In this document: piece after piece, positions 37,316 through 53,200 of the stretch
Layout: each line of letters begins with the position of its first letter
Position numbering within the stretch: position 1 is the first letter of the stretch
Assembly (NCBI RefSeq): GCF_964204865.1
Contig: NC_135251.1
Span: forward strand, 17,236,001 to 17,300,000
Length of the DNA stretch: 64,000 nt
From: Styela clava
Taxonomy: Eukaryota
Reading direction: 5' to 3'
Notes under the pieces: model-generated
Database searches by the model: none
Seen by the model: only the letters and a program-made list of their open reading frames with translations
Told to the model about the DNA's origin: nothing
Translations under genes and position numbers: made by a program

Positions 37316-39282
37316 TGTAACATATGTGGTGACATAAATTTTGTGGATCTTGTTTATATAACCGATTATATCTTTCGTGGGAAAATTAAAAAACTGATAA
37401 GAAATGTGTTATACATCTTATCAGCAATTGAAAGGATTGCTGATCAATCCTTTCATTTAGTAAAATTAAAAGAAATTCTCGATTGCTACTCAGATAGTAC
37501 TTGATAACGATTACCGTATCTTTTAAAAATTTGCACTCAGGTTGAAAATATAGACATAGATATCAAGACAAAATGTAATCAAAGGTATGAAATGTTGATC
37601 AAATCAAGTAAAAATTTGAGTGTTCCGAAACTTTGTAATTACATTCGCACATATATTTTGTTATATCATGATATACAACTGAAAAGCCAGAAAAGTTTTC
37701 CGGTATAAAAACCTATTTTTCGCGACACAAGAGTACCTAACGTAAGGCAAGATGTAGCAGAGCGACAATGCTGCTAAATATTAGGCGAAACTTGTTTTTA
37801 TGCCTGTTCTCTAATTGAACACTCCAAGTAAGTGGTCGAAACCTAGACATTTTGTTTCTGTTGACCTGAGCAATGAGCATCTCATCAATACACGTGCATT
37901 TGATTAAGTGAATATATATATACTCAGTGGTGGGATTCAGCCGGTTCGCACCGGTTCTATAGAACCGTCTCGTGGAATTTTATGAGTACAGCGAACCGGT
38001 TAGCATCCCTGAAAAAACATGACTTTTTGTAACAGAAACGGCTGAAAAATATGACTTTTGTGATGGAACCGGCTGACAAAAAATTTGAATCCAACCACTG
38101 TATATACTGTATATATACATGGCATATACTTGGACTATGTTTGCAAAATCGAAGAATATAACAATGCTCATGGCAGCTATTTTTAGGTATAGAATCACGG
38201 CGGTGGTTCGCAACCAATGGGGATTTAGGGGTTGTTAACGGGAAACAAACTCACACACAGTAAACACAATGAAAATCATAATACATGACACAGGGAGAAG
38301 AAAGCTGCCTATGCTGTCACAACTACACAAGAGTTTGATGAAACGTCCTGATGGTGTGATGTGTCATAATTGCGAAACGGTCGACACCAAATGACCACAA
38401 AATTCGATCTCCTAGATTGCTTCGAAAATGGCCTGTCTCCTGGCAGAGAGGTGTCACCTTTCCTCGCGATTAATACCAAAGCAAGCAAAAATTCCGCATA
38501 CCTAGATCAAAATAACGAGCACAATGGTGATAAAAACAACGAGCACGTGGTGATCAAAACAACGAGCACACGCCACACATCAATGAAGTATTTCTGGAAT
38601 GGCCAACCAGTCAGAGACTAAGAGCCGCATTTCGTACTTCATTACCGCGAAGAGCCACATTATAAACAAGAGCACATGAACATCAGATATACCTTTATTC
38701 ATCTCTGCTAGAATGATAGTTTTTTGTGAATGTCACTAACCACGAACTTTCTGTAAGCCACGCCCTTCCACCAGTTGGTTGGCATAAAAACAGTTGAACA
38801 TCCGACGCACAGCACGACTGTTTGAGCGTGACTGAATACCGTCGTAATCTTATAGCAACCTGGGCACTTTACATCCATGAAATACGAGTTTGGTTCTTGT
38901 GACATCTGGTCCCTACCATTAAAGCGCAATTGAGCTGGTCTTCGTCATAAAGATTTGATCATCTTCAACTCAGTTGCAGCCTCATCTGAGACTAGAGGGA
39001 ATTTCAGGGGTGTGCTATTGTTTGATTTCTTCCAAGCATTATTCTTTGAAAACAAGTATAGAATAGGCATTGTGGAGATGAGAACGTTTCTAGCTCGCCC
39101 AACAAAAAAAAGGGACAACAATATACTACGCACAATTTTATTGGAATGTGCTTCGGGAGCACATTCTCCAGGTCCCTTGGAAGTTTTTATATACTGTATA
39201 TGTAATTAGTTTTTTACTCTTCCTGTTACCAAGTAACCAATATGGGTCAGCATAATAAATCACTAAAGATAATATGTTTCGA

Positions 39283-42200
39283 TTATAAAATGCAGTTTTT
39301 TATTTTATCATTTTCATCCGCATCCGAGGTAAATGTGCTTGTCGCTGTCTTTCTGGTATTTTTTTCCAACTTTGCCTTTTTACACGATGGTACTTGTAAC
39401 CTGTGAAAGAAAATTTTAATACAACATTTTTGTAATCTTATAAACCAATGGTTAAATATAGGGAACTTTGTTATCACAATTTTGATGTTGGACATTGACA
39501 AACGAGTCGAACTAATAGCGTACTCGAAATTTTATTTTGAAATGATGGCAATTTTCTCAAAGTGTTAATAGCACATCATAAAACATAGCTCTGAATAAGA
39601 AGCAACGGATATGTGAGAAGCTATCGTGTATGTAAATGAAACACATTCTAGATTTACAATGTGTCCTGATTATTGGGCCCGAAGTGTTAATATGGTGTGT
39701 TTTGCTAAATTGTTGTTGTTGACTTGTTGTCTCCATAAAATAATGCACCAATCGTTTTCAAATTTACAGCACTTAAATATCGTTTATTCCTCTAGAAGGC
39801 TATCACTTTTATATTTTCCCGACGCCTATAAAATTCGATATTTCATGCAAAATTTTGTTATCACTGCAAATACTGCGCCGCCGCGTGGCGTCACTTCAAA
39901 TCTCCCTCACATCTTTCCGACAAAGTCTTTGCTGTCTTCTCAACTCCAGTACTACCAATGTTAATGCGGCGGTTAGACTTGATTTGAAGCTTTCGAATGA
40001 TCATATAACGGATTTCATTCTAAGTCTCATGGGTACTGCAGTTGGTATTCGTGTTCGTATATTTGAGCATTGTTCTTTTGTTTGGAAAAAAAATTATGGT
40101 TTATTGGACCGCAATTGTAATTATATATATTAGACAACTTCAAAATGCGCTGTAAAAAGAAAATAACCATGTTTTTGAGCATACCAGTCAAACAGATTAT
40201 TACTAAACAAAAAGGGTACCCTCGTAGTATGTGATCCAAGATGGCGGACACCGGAACGTAGTATGTGTACCAGGTAGGGTTAGGCCATAATTTCAGGTAC
40301 AAATACTACGGGAGTCACTTGGATAGTCCCCGAACTCGTAATAGAACTAAACTAAGGAAAACTGGATTAAAATTATGGCCTAACCCTAACCTGGTACACA
40401 TACTATGTTCAGGTGTCCGCCATGTTGCTTCACATACTACGGGAGCGCCACAAAAAGTGTGAGAAGTACGTTACCTATATTTTTCTAATGCAAGCGACTC
40501 CTCCAGAGTTTCGGGAAGGGGTAGATCTTTTGTTTCGGGCAACAAGAGCGTTACAATTGACGCGACTAGAGCAATACCGCTTAAAATCAGAAATGGAACC
40601 AACTTCGAACTTTCACCTGTAAATTACGAATAATACCACAATATGCTAGGTTCGGTACATATTAATACAGCGCCCAGTTGTGGCAACTCATATAACTGTA
40701 ATCTTATCCTATGAAGAGTGAATAATCTGGGTCAAGCTTACCAGTGAAAGCAATAAACGGCGCCATCAAACCACCAAAACGGGAAAGCGTTGCAGAGAAT
40801 CCAAGTGCCGTGTTGCGGAGTTTTGTTGGAAAAAGCTCAGCTGGATACAAAAAAATCATTGCCATAGTAGATGAAATAAAAACCTTTCCGAGCATTGCAA
40901 ACGCAATACTTACTGCGTTATCTGCAATAGGAAGTAAGATGATCAAGCTCATTTCAAACAACCTTGGAATAGCATTTCGAGTCTTTCGCTAAGCTATTCA
41001 TGAAAATCCACAGTTTATCAACCAGAACAATATTCGCTACATATCTGATACTTTTTACCATATCATTACACAGTAGGCCCACGGTATTATGCAGTAAGTT
41101 TAACTCACAGTTGCCAAACACCGGGCAGAGTATTGAGCATAAACATGATATTGCATATGCTGCGGATAACGTAGATCTTCTACCAAATTTTTGCAGAAAA
41201 TAAGGAGCAAAAATCCAGCCAGGAAGTTCTGCAGCGGCGGAAATAAAACAGTTCCAGTATTTGTTTCCTTCAAGGTTTGACGTATTAAATCCAAAACCAT
41301 AATAAGATGTCAAAGTCGCGGTGCTATAACAATAGGAAATCAGGAGTTAACTAAAAATCTCCGTTTCTGACAAAGCTGTCCAATCTACGACAACCATTAT
41401 TTATCCTATGTAATTTTAAAGTGGAAAGTCTTACATAATCCAACTGATAATGAAGCATCGCTTCAGCAATACTCGGTTTCTTAAAAGTATGATGAAATGA
41501 GTCTCCTTTGAATCCTTACTTTTTGTAGTCTGAATTGTGAATAGATTTGGTCAACACTAGTTTTAACGTGCTCTTTAATAATTGAAAACTAATACCTACA
41601 CTAGATTTTGCGGGTGACGAAATCAAAAATATATTTTGCCTCAAAAGCTTTTGATTTGTCGTATTTTTTCGCATGATGAATTTCATGACTTTTGTAGCTT
41701 CAGCAATGCGACCCTTACTTGCAAGCCATCTTGGAGATTCAAAAATAATCCTTCATAACAAAATAAGTAATTATATATAGAAAAACATATTTAACATGAT
41801 GAATAAAATGGTTCGAATAAGCTGGTACGCGTGGTTCCAAATCTAGTATGGCTATGATTGTTCTCAAACATACTATTGTGAAATCATTTTTTTGTTTTCA
41901 ACCTCTTAACATCGGGCTCAAGCTTAAATTCGCTATTTCAACTTACATTATTTGAAGACTTACCAACAAGAAGGAATGTACAGAATACCAATCAAGCCAA
42001 CGACTCTCAAAATCCATCGCCAATCTTGACATAGATATGCGATTGCTGGGACCAGCATGTACGAGAAAGATTCAAAAGAATAAATAAGACAGCTGATTGT
42101 AGCTCGTTTGTCAGTTTTGACCAATTCTTGTACTGATAAATTAAATTTATATGATAAATTCCGACAAGGCAAACCAGCTACATTGCTGAAAAGAACAGGG

Positions 42201-44091
42201 ACCTCGTGACTCAGTTTCGGAGTTTCGAGTTTTGAAAAATGTGTAGCGTGATGCTTTATTTCCCTGTTTATTTGTCTTGCGGTGTGTATGACCTACAATT
42301 TCGAACAACGAAATTAATCTTTTGTACAATATTTAAAAAAATGCAAGTTGTCAAATTGGGCATAAAGAGAGTTAATTTGGTAACACTCTTGATGCAATGT
42401 ATGTTTGCATTAAACTAAAGCCCTAAAACAATAATAATAAGTAATTTATACCTACAAGCATTTGATTATGTCTTACCATATAAAAATGCTGTACAAAATG
42501 CTGCTGCGTTGATTGCTCCTAATAACGTAAACCATATGACACAAGATGCAAAGTTTGGCGCAAAGCTATAAGCGATCATCAGTGACGATATAATCATACC
42601 GTAAATAATTGTTGGCTTCTTCCGTCCAAACCTGGAATTTCGTAAGAGTTATTTTCGATTAATGGTACGTATAACTGGCGTAGTTTTGTGCAACAAGGCT
42701 TTGGGATTTATCTTTAAATGTTCAAATGTTTCTCCCAGTGATGAGAATGTCCATGGAGTCTATAGAGGCGAAAAATAGCAGCTAGAAGATTATTACTTTT
42801 TAAAAGTTTTTAAGAGTCAATTTTGACTGCTGTGTTTCCATTCATGGGAACACTTTTTATAAAATATGGGCATATGACATTTTATTGTGTCACTTTTTTA
42901 TTATATGCACGTGACCATCGTGCTAATGTTTTTGAGCATTCTACTTTTGTTTCCTAGTTAGTTGTTTGTAATCAAGTTGGATTTCAAGAGATGTGCAGTG
43001 TTTAGCAAATCGCTGTAGCCTACTTTATAATCGGCGTTTTTACTGTAATGTTAAAATTTCTAGAAAAGTAAAAATGTTTTTGTTTTGAGAGACATTTGTT
43101 GCTTAAAATAAATCTTGCATTCAACTTCATAGTTTTTTTTATGGTATGCAAATTGAACAAACCTGTCAACTATCATCCCTGCAATCAGACCACTAAACAT
43201 TGGCCCTGCTGAAAATCCAAGCGTCAGAAGAATTCTTTGCCAATCATCATTACAGACCAAGTCAAACTAAAAACGAATCATGACTCCTGGTTGAGCTGAG
43301 AGGATGACTATTTAGGAAATATAAAAACACCATTTACAATCTTTTATCGTCGACTCATATAATATTATTTCTTAGCAGATGATTTGAAGGAAAATGTAAT
43401 TTTAAATGCAGTTAAGCGTTTTAGCAGGGTTAATAGATTGCTCTTTACCTCCTCTGTCCCAGTTTTTACCCCATCTTTTGCATTGTATACCCATCCGTCT
43501 TTGCAATATTCATTAGCATAGCTCCCGGTGGTGTTAAGTGTGATGTTGTGGTTTGAAACATTGACATACCTAAATTTAACTGTGACGTTTTACGTTTACC
43601 GGATATCCCAAAAAAAATCTCTTCTAGAATTGAACATTGTTGTATATATATATATATATATATATATATGGTGACCGTACATTTGAACCCATGTACATTT
43701 GTACCCATGCGTATATCCACGGGTTCAATCTATATGCGGGTGCTAAAACCCATGGGTTAGGGTTAGTATGGGTTTAACTATCCGTGAAACAAAAAAAATT
43801 CCATAGGTGCAATAGCATACAGGTGCAATTGTCATGGGTTCAAATGTACGTGGGTTCAAATGTAATGGAACCTATATATATATATATTCGCATAATATCA
43901 TGTTTGAGGCAGCTACTGAATTATGATGCCACAAAAGCCAACAGAATTTAAGATCGAAACGCAAATACAATGAAATAAACATAGCATATATCATCAAAAA
44001 CATACCTTTTGCATTTTGAAAATTCATTCCCATTCGGTCCCTCATGTGGAATGTAACGTAACAAGATTGATCTCGAGATATTCCTTTCTAT
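39283..44091 (-). pseudogene. SLC22-family transporter, 5'-truncated duplicate, copy 2
   Basis: As copy 1, offset +17786; junction at 44219-44221. Confidence 0.88.
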
Positions 44092-44218
44092 CTGAAAACA
44101 TGTTTGCATTTTTTCAAATGTAGTTAAAATAATATAAAGGATGTCGGCTCCGAGGGCCACAAAATTATTTTTGCATTGTTCGCGAGCCACAATAGTGCCA
44201 AGAATAGGTAAAACAGTG

Positions 44219-47200
44219 CAACTGTAATGTCGTTGAATCATCAAAATGCCGGAAACAAAGTGCAAGTTTTCTAATGAGTTTAAGAATGAGAACAATTCCC
44301 ATTATTTGAAGCGAAGGCCAATAGAAAGAGAGAGTTTATTTTTATTTGTCAAACCGAGGATTTCGTAGTAAGATTTACAGCTAATTTTGATGCCTGCAAT
44401 CTACCCACAATGGTAGGAAAACGTTTAAACTATTACTAACCCCCAGAATCGAACCAAGTTTGACTTGTCCAATCCGCGCCGTCCCGGTTTTTGGCTTCAG
44501 AGATATGGTAAGCCTACTTATTCCCCATTCTTGACGTCTGTGCTGGGACCAACTCGTTCAGATCAAATATAGAGGACTTGCACGGGTCACGTGACTTTGT
44601 TACTGGACGGCAATAAAACAAAATCGTCCATTTGGCTCCTGTCAGTTGCAAGTCGGATTATACGTTTCCGTTTTGTTTGGCTGTTGAAAATGGTTATTTC
44701 GTATTGTTCCGTTGGCTGCACGTATAGTATAGACTATAGACAACGAAATGGATCTTCAGTTATATTCCCCTGTTTTCAAAAGATCCGGAACGTCGCGCAA
44801 TGTGGATATCATCTATTGGCAGATCTGCTTGGTGTCAAGTCCAGAAGCCATCTCACTTGTGTTTAACTGTTTGCGGACAGCACTTCGTTGATGGTGAGTC
44901 ATCATGTGCCGTTATCGAATTTTTAAATATTCATAAGCTCCCTCATTTCAATGGAAAGCAGATGACAAACTACTGTTATTGGTAGGCCTAGGCGTAGGCC
45001 TACTTGCAGACTTGACTCGTGTAAGGTATTAATCAATAATTGCCATAAGGTATTGTTTTCCTAGTTAGCAGGTAATCTATTAGTAATTGTGAAAAGTTGA
45101 ATAGATAACTAAAGTTTAACGCCAGTGCTCATGCAAAAAATAACCAGAATTCAATTGAATTCGCCATCTAAGAGTACGCTCGCCACCGCATCTCTGATCC
45201 CACTGGGAGTTTCACAGCTTCCAATCCCATGCGGGGATAGTTATGTGCGAGTGGATTGCAGCTCTCCTCCCACTGAGGGTGGTTCACACGACCGCTGGTC
45301 GATTACGACATCCCCCACCATCAAGTATATGCTTCTAAAACAAATAACTGGCTAACTAATCCCGACATAGAAATGGTAATCGTACGATGCTGCACCTTGC
45401 AATCTGTCCCCAACCAATGATAAATTCTATCCTGAAAACTACCCACATTGGTAGGCATAGTTGCGTTTTAAATTGAAAGAAATCTTCATTAATGGTCAAA
45501 TTGGTCTGATTGTTTTGTTAGTTAGCAGGTAATTTATTACTGATCTGATACACAAACTTGGCACTGTCAAATGATGATAAGTGTTTAATTTATTTTCAGG
45601 AAAAAGGGAAGATAACCCATTATCAGCTGCTTATATGTCCCATCGAAACACATGTAAGATGGCTTCTGGACTTGACACCAAGCAGTTCTGCCAATACAAT
45701 AGGCAATGGATGATATCCACATTGCGCGACGTTCCGGATCTTTTAAAATTAGTGGAATATAACTGAAGATCCATTTCGTTGTCTATACTATACGTACAGC
45801 CAACGGAACAATACGAAATAATCATTTTCAACGGTGACCGTACATTTGAACCTACGTACATTTGAACCCATGTGTATATTCGCGAGTTCAATCTATATGC
45901 GGGTGCTAAACCCATGGGTTAGGGTTAGTATGAGTTCAAATATCCGTAAAACAACAAAAATTTTCATAGGTGCAATAGTGTGCAGGTGCAATCGTCGTGG
46001 GTTCAAATGTACGTGGGTTCAAATGTAATGGAACCATTTTCAACAGCCAAACAAAACGGAAACGTATAATCCGACTTGCAACTGACAGGAGCCAAATGGA
46101 CGTTTTTGTTTCATTGCCGTCTAGTAACAAAGTCACGTGACCCGTGCAAGTCCTCTATATACTACTACGTTCAGATACATCTTTAAAATATTTTTACTTG
46201 GTGTTTCATATCGCCGATAAGCGTTTAAAGCAAATACTAACCAAATGGAGCTTGTATATGTATGCAAATTTGTTTCAATATATATAAAATACATTGTGAA
46301 GATCAACAATGCATAAATATTTATGTAGGTAGATTCTAGACCAGGCACGCTTTTTGGACCGGGTGCCAAAAAATTTGTCTACTTAGACTGGCTGCCATGT
46401 AAGTGTGACGTAAAAAGTTACATTTTATAAACAATATTTACACTGTTACAAAAGCAAAAGTGGAAAACAGTGAGCCTCGTGCCAAAACGAAATATAATCC
46501 CAATCTCAACAAATTCCTTGAGCTATTTTTAGCCCAACATCAAAATTTGGTTTTAGTTTGGTTGTGGCAGCATCATGCGGGCCAGACTGAACTACCCAAC
46601 GAGCCGGATTTGGCCCGCGGGCCGTAGTTTGCTCATGTCATATGTCTGTTGTAGACGGTTTGCACAAACGAGTTTGACTAACATTCACTGCCCAGGACGT
46701 AACCTGCAACAGCTGAGCTATGGCGCCATTGGTAACCAATTGCCACAGTTGCCCAGATATGAGGATATTTCTTTATACATTGACTTTGAATTAGATTCTG
46801 TGTAGCAACTAATAAAAACGACGGGAATGTTGTTAAACTACTGAGAGGGGTTCTACGTACAATTTGTGAAAGGCGTAATCATGTTCATTCTAACATTTGT
46901 CGTGAGTTGCATAAGCAAATACTCAAACTCATTCACCTAAACTCTCTCTACAAACAGTCACTAAAAATGTTGAGGTTTTCTATATACAACTTCTCTCTGT
47001 GTACTACGCTCTGTACAAGCAACTAAACGAAAATATGGGTGAGTTCATTCACATACCCCTTGAGAGCCAAGCTTCACCGACTGGCGCTACGTATAGATTT
47101 GCAAACCTATAACACAAGCCTACATTTTCTGGTTTTTAGTTTATTTATTCAATCAATAGACGAAAGAACATATGCAGGAACAAATGACGAAATTGGCAAA

Positions 47201-50200
47201 AAAACACATCTAAACATTTAAATTTAATTTTGTGAAATATATCGTCTGTAAGAATCAGATTCCATCAACCGAAATATATGATCTTGAGCTTCCTGGAACA
47301 TTTCTGAGGTTGGATTCTGCAGCTTTTCTGTTATCATTGAACGTATTTTTGATGTAATATTAACCTGAAAATATAAAAGATTATCCATTAGGCATTGACG
47401 TATTTGAATAATTTGGAGCCGGAAGGTTTTTTTTAGACTGAATCAGAACAAACCAACCAACAACCAAATCATATGGGTGGCAATGTTTTCATTGAAAATG
47501 GAGGGACCTGAGCCCTGGCAAAGACCAATGAATGACTCGCTCCAGCAGCAGTAGATAAAATTTCAAGGATATGATGGATGTTTCGCCTATATATATGGCC
47601 GTTCACTCAAAAATCAAAAAAAAAATAGTGCTGATAAAGACTGAATGTCAAATCATACCTCACACTCTGCATCAGAGTGGATATATTTTTTGTAGATCGC
47701 AGACGCAAGTTTACGTTGTTTTGTTGTCTTCTTATTTTTGTAACTTTCACATTCAGTCCAAAAATCAAGATTTTCCTCACTGTGCTCTATTGCAAGAAAT
47801 GCGCGAAAGGAAGCACATTTACCTTCAAAAAATAAAAAATATACATTAATATATATATATGTATTTTCAAAACAATGAGAGAGAAAGGTAATAAACCTAA
47901 CCGCCGAAGAATACTGGCAAATGATAAAATGTAGATTATGTGAAAACAGTTTTAAAACAGAATATTACATTAATTCGTATCTGATTATAACCAGGATTAA
48001 TCTAGGTTTAATTTAAAATCGATTCACGGGAATATTCTACAAACCTTTATCTTTCAAAATAGCTAGCAGTCCATTCGCTGACGAAGAATTGGAGGAACAA
48101 GACGATACGTTAATAATATTACTTTCCAGTGCTGTGTAGCCTTTCTTCTCCTCGTTCTTATGTTTTCTTGACTTGACACGACTAAATTAATGTTGAAAAA
48201 ATATATTTGAAAAACATTAGAATATATGAGGTAAGAAATGTATCAGCACAAGTGACACAAATAGTTTACACTTATACAAGTTAAACTTTTTTTCATTTTC
48301 AACTTCAATCATTAACATAAAAATAAACTAGCAGCAGCACAGAAGCTACAAGATTTGTGTATGATTTCATATGTCAGTTATAAGAAAAGCAAAGAATCTT
48401 TTCACTTCAGTAAATGCCCATGTACTGTTCCTAGCAAAAGTGTGTATGCTTCATTTAACTTATCTAGGCTATTGCATTTGATCAATACAGGGCACAGGGT
48501 TACTAATTCAACAAACCGACTTATGGAACCCTGTACTACAAACATCCAAATATTTCGATTCAAAGTAAGATATATTTATGTTTGTCACGGTAAGAGTCAA
48601 ATAAGGTAAGAAAAAAGACTTTTGTTACTTACAATATCTTTTTAATCTTTTCTGTTTCGATCCAATCAATTTTACTCGAAATATTTTTGTTGTTTTGTAG
48701 TTCTTCTTTCGTTTTCAAATCTGATTCGGAAGAACATGACCGACTTCTTATTCGTTTTGGATCAACATCGCTTGATGACGTAACACTAACGATTTCCACG
48801 CGATCATTGTCATAATTTTGCGACCTCGAGCTATTTATTTCAGATGACACGATATCACTCGGTGCCCCAAGTTCGAATTTTTGAGGAAAATCTGAAAATG
48901 AAAAAATTAAATAATGCAAACTTCCTCACATCGACCCAAGGTGAACGCATGCTTGAATCTACTTACCAATGAAATCAGGATAATATAAGGTGAACTTCTC
49001 ATTCCCAGCCTGTAACAAAGAAATTATAATGTTTATATATTATATTTTTTTAATTTATTGGTTCAGTTTGTTTAAACGTATAGATTCGTCGGAATATTTA
49101 TAAGATTGCCTTTGCATTGTGCTGTGACGCCGCTTCAATAATAAAAAAATCGAATATCGGAACAATTAGTTTATAAAATCTACATACCGATTTTTGCATA
49201 CGAAAACTCTCCGACTTATTAAAATATCTTTTGCTGCTTGTGCGTTCATATCCGTTAATGCTTCTTTTTGCAGATCGTCGAAGAATCGGCGATTCACATC
49301 CGGGAACCATTTGTCTCAATTGCGCGAGTTGTTTTTTCCCGTCATGATATGTTCGTCTTCGGACTATTCTCGCCGACTTTTGCAAATTTGCACCGTATGT
49401 AACGGACGCCAAACACAGCGGTGTACCGGGAGTGTTGCTAGGACGACAGGGAATGGAGTTACCAGCATATAACGGGGGCTTGCAAATTTGAAATGTCTGT
49501 TCCTGCTCTTCAGTCAAAAACACATCATCATTATCTTCATCTTCAAATTGTATTGGTTTGATTTGGTGCTTCATATCATGTTGTGGTCTGAATGGCGTTT
49601 GCTGGTCTATATCATTTTCTATATATCTATACTTTTGTAGTTTTTCTCTCGTTGTAATGAATTGCAAGTTATTTTGCGCTGATGTCCTTAGTCGATGTTC
49701 GTTCAATTTACGCTTTTTGTGTCGAACACCACCTTTTCTATTAAGTTTACGTTTATATCCGCCTTTTGGTGTATTGTTCAATTCTCGGTTGTTTCGATGA
49801 CTTCTTTGAATTTTCAGCACTACAACACCGGAACAAGATCTATATAGAGGCAAAATACCAGTTGGCAATTTTGTTCATTGCAAAAATATATAAATAATAA
49901 CCTAAAAATAACACTTACCTCAGTAAATTTTGAAATTCAAAATTAGTCCGGTTATTAACAATTGACCCATTGATTGACAATATTACGTCTCGTTCACGGA
50001 GTCCGACGGAATAAGCTTGTGATCCTGAAAATAAAAGGTTTATATACATTTTAATCAAAGTAAACTAGTAAGAAACGCAAGGCAACAACTCTCTTAGGCT
50101 TTAATAAGAAAAGGAGCATTTTGAGTAAAATAGATCAGCTGGTATGTTTTGTATTGATATCGTACGAAAATTTACACATCTGACTAAGCTTTAAAAGTCT

Positions 50201-53200
50201 CATGGTTTTGTGACAAAATTAGTTGCTTGTGCATTAGGATTTTTCGGAAGCGACATCAACTTATTATAAAACTCACTCGACTCGGTTAGAACCCCTTACC
50301 TTCTGTGACTGATGAAACACATGGTGGCGATTGTGTTTGTGCGCCAAATTGAACATCTCTTACAATGGCATTAGTCGATAATTGGATCTAAAAATAGAAA
50401 TATTTTTATTGAATAATGTTATAATATATATTGTCTATCGGCAGAAGAACCGTTCTATGTATCGTACATGAGTTTGACAGTGTTTGGGGCATAATTAGTG
50501 ATGAAAGCTTGATGCGTCCGACGTTTCCCAATTTCATGCTTTGAGATTAATAGTAATTGTTCCGAACTAACCTCCTTATGTTCGATCATTTTTCTGCTCG
50601 GCGTGAATCCAGCTTGTGATTTGTCATTTTGTGATGTCTCTGCTGGGAACTGATTATAATTCATTGTCTTTACCTTGTTTTCTCCTGATGTCAGAAATGA
50701 GAAAGTACATTTATTTATTCATTTTATTCTTATATTATTACGAGTCCCGAGTGAATGAGAGATTTCAAACAAATTTGAATCCATGCGTTCCAAGCAAGAC
50801 TTTTCCGTCGACCTACTTACCAACACATCATTTGCATAAAATATGCGATAAAATTAACATTTTGTATACACTAAGTTATCATATTTGCATAATAATTATC
50901 TTACTGCTGAGGCTTTGATTCGGTTTCACAGCAAGATGTTTTCGTCGTCCTATGTTCTCACCGAGCAAGTAATATGAACCTTGAATTATCTGTGAAATAA
51001 TGTTGAATTAATTGGAATGACTGACATGACACTGACATTTTAAGCAGAAACGACGTATTACCGTTGCTTGAGATCAAAACAATAACGATTTGGAATATGT
51101 GGTTGTTCGTTTAAAATCGAGAATAACAGTTCAATTTTTGAATATTATTACGTTAATAATAAAAATGATGCAAGTTACCTCATTATTCGTCATAAACTTC
51201 CGAAGTCCAAAGCTTGTGCATCCTTTAAAATTCACCGGAGTCATAGCCTGTGACCAGACTTCAATCAGCAATCTTCTATTCAATGCCATCCGAGACAAGT
51301 TACTAGAATTTTAATTTTTTCATGTAAATTTTTAATTTAAAACCTAAACTATTAGATCAAGATATTCTTTTTTTTTCAGCAAAAGGTTCGGCCATTCCGT
51401 GTATGTCAAAACTTGACAAATTATAATCGTAATGGTATTATCAGTACTTACAAAGAGACCGTCTCGTGGAGAATGGTTTCTTTTGCTGCCATGTGCACCT
51501 TCATGATATGTTCAGCATGTGTTTCGCTCTTTTCCGAAATTAGGGAAATCTAAAAATAATATGCGATTACTTTCACATGTTACCTGAAATTTACGACGAA
51601 AATCTACCAGTAAATTTTTGTTGAGCAATTTTAAAATAACAAAGTCCAGATCCTGATTCTAGCATTCATATTATCAAATTATCCATTTACATAATATATC
51701 TTATTGTCGCGATACAAATGAACATACCAGCATACGTCACTTGATTAGTACAGGTAAGGACGTAATTAAGTTTGGACTTACCTTTATGTAAATGCTGGAT
51801 CCTATTGAAGACAAAATGTTTCTAATTCCCAACAGAGTGACAGTCAACTTCTTGGCCGTTCCACATGCCACCAATTTGATTTGACCTTGATAAATATCAG
51901 GTATTATTCCATGATTGAATTTTTGTTTTAGACGGTTAGAAAAAACATGACAAAATAGATTTCGATACATAATTCCGAAAGCATCAAATCATGGAAAAAA
52001 AATTAGGCATCGCTTAAAAATTGAACATTATTCAATATACTACAAATCATCACTTACCTCGCATTGTTAGGCGCCAATAACAACAACGTTCCTCCTCACA
52101 AATTGCTTAGATAAAATCAGTAAGAAATAATTAAATATAAAACTGCAATGACAACGCATATGTTTAAACATACGTCGACAATATTACGAATTAAGTGAAG
52201 GTTTGTCTCTGGCACGCTAAATCATATATATCTTTCGCTGATCTGTCTCCTGGATTCGTTTGCTAATACTATTTGCACGGAAGCCTGACCTAGGTATCAA
52301 ATGTCACCTTTCTACTTCGCGATACGTTTCTCCTTGACTAAGCAGTCTAAATAATCGTGAAAAGTAGAACTGCAAACACTTCGTTGTTTGCGAAGGAAGA
52401 TGAATCAAGTGACGTCAAAATTTCAAAGCGGATTACACTGCTGGAATCTTTTTGAACCAACTAAATTTTTTGATGATTTCTGACATGCTGGGTTTTCTAG
52501 TGCTGAAATTTTGTGGCGATGCATGGCGGAAATTGTTTTCTGCTATTCACTGGCAGACTTTCCGTTTTAAGTTCGGATACATCAAGCCGGGTCAAACAGG
52601 ATCCACATCTAATAAGCCATATAATACTCGAATATTTTACTTTCACTTAAATTTACATGGTAACCCATTGTCAAACTAAATCCGAGTTTATTATTTTCAC
52701 TGCAGCCGCCGTAATATTCCACAATATTATATATATATATTCAATACTTTCTCGATTCGCACTCAATAACTCTGGTCTAGGTTTAACCTGCCGGCACCCA
52801 CATTTCAATGAATGAGATACTGTTGAAATCTTCAACTGTCGAAATTGAGAGTACTCAGAGATGTCAGACAGTGAAAACTGTCTGTGACCCAAATCACGTC
52901 AGCGAAAAAAAAGAAGCAACATCTGCCTCAGTTTATTCATATCAAGAGACAATAGCCAACACAACGGGTTGCCTGAGTGGCAAGGCGGTCATTATACCGT
53001 GAAATGAAAACTTCCCAGCAAGGCAGGTGTGCCAAGTTTTTTACCTTTATGTATAATTATGTGTTATCATACGCTGATTACTTGCAGTTTTACTTTTATA
53101 ATGCCAGATTAGCGCACACGTTAAGTTTCACTATCACGAAAAGTCAAATCCTTAATGAACGGGATAACTATTTAATAATCGCTAATGATGATTGGCAGAA

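Larger units (their letters stand above)
26433..44221 (+). repeat. Tandem segmental repeat, copy 2
   Basis: Offset +17786. Junction ...AAAACAGTG-CAA-CTGTAATGTCG at 26433-26435 and again at 44219-44221. Confidence 0.98.
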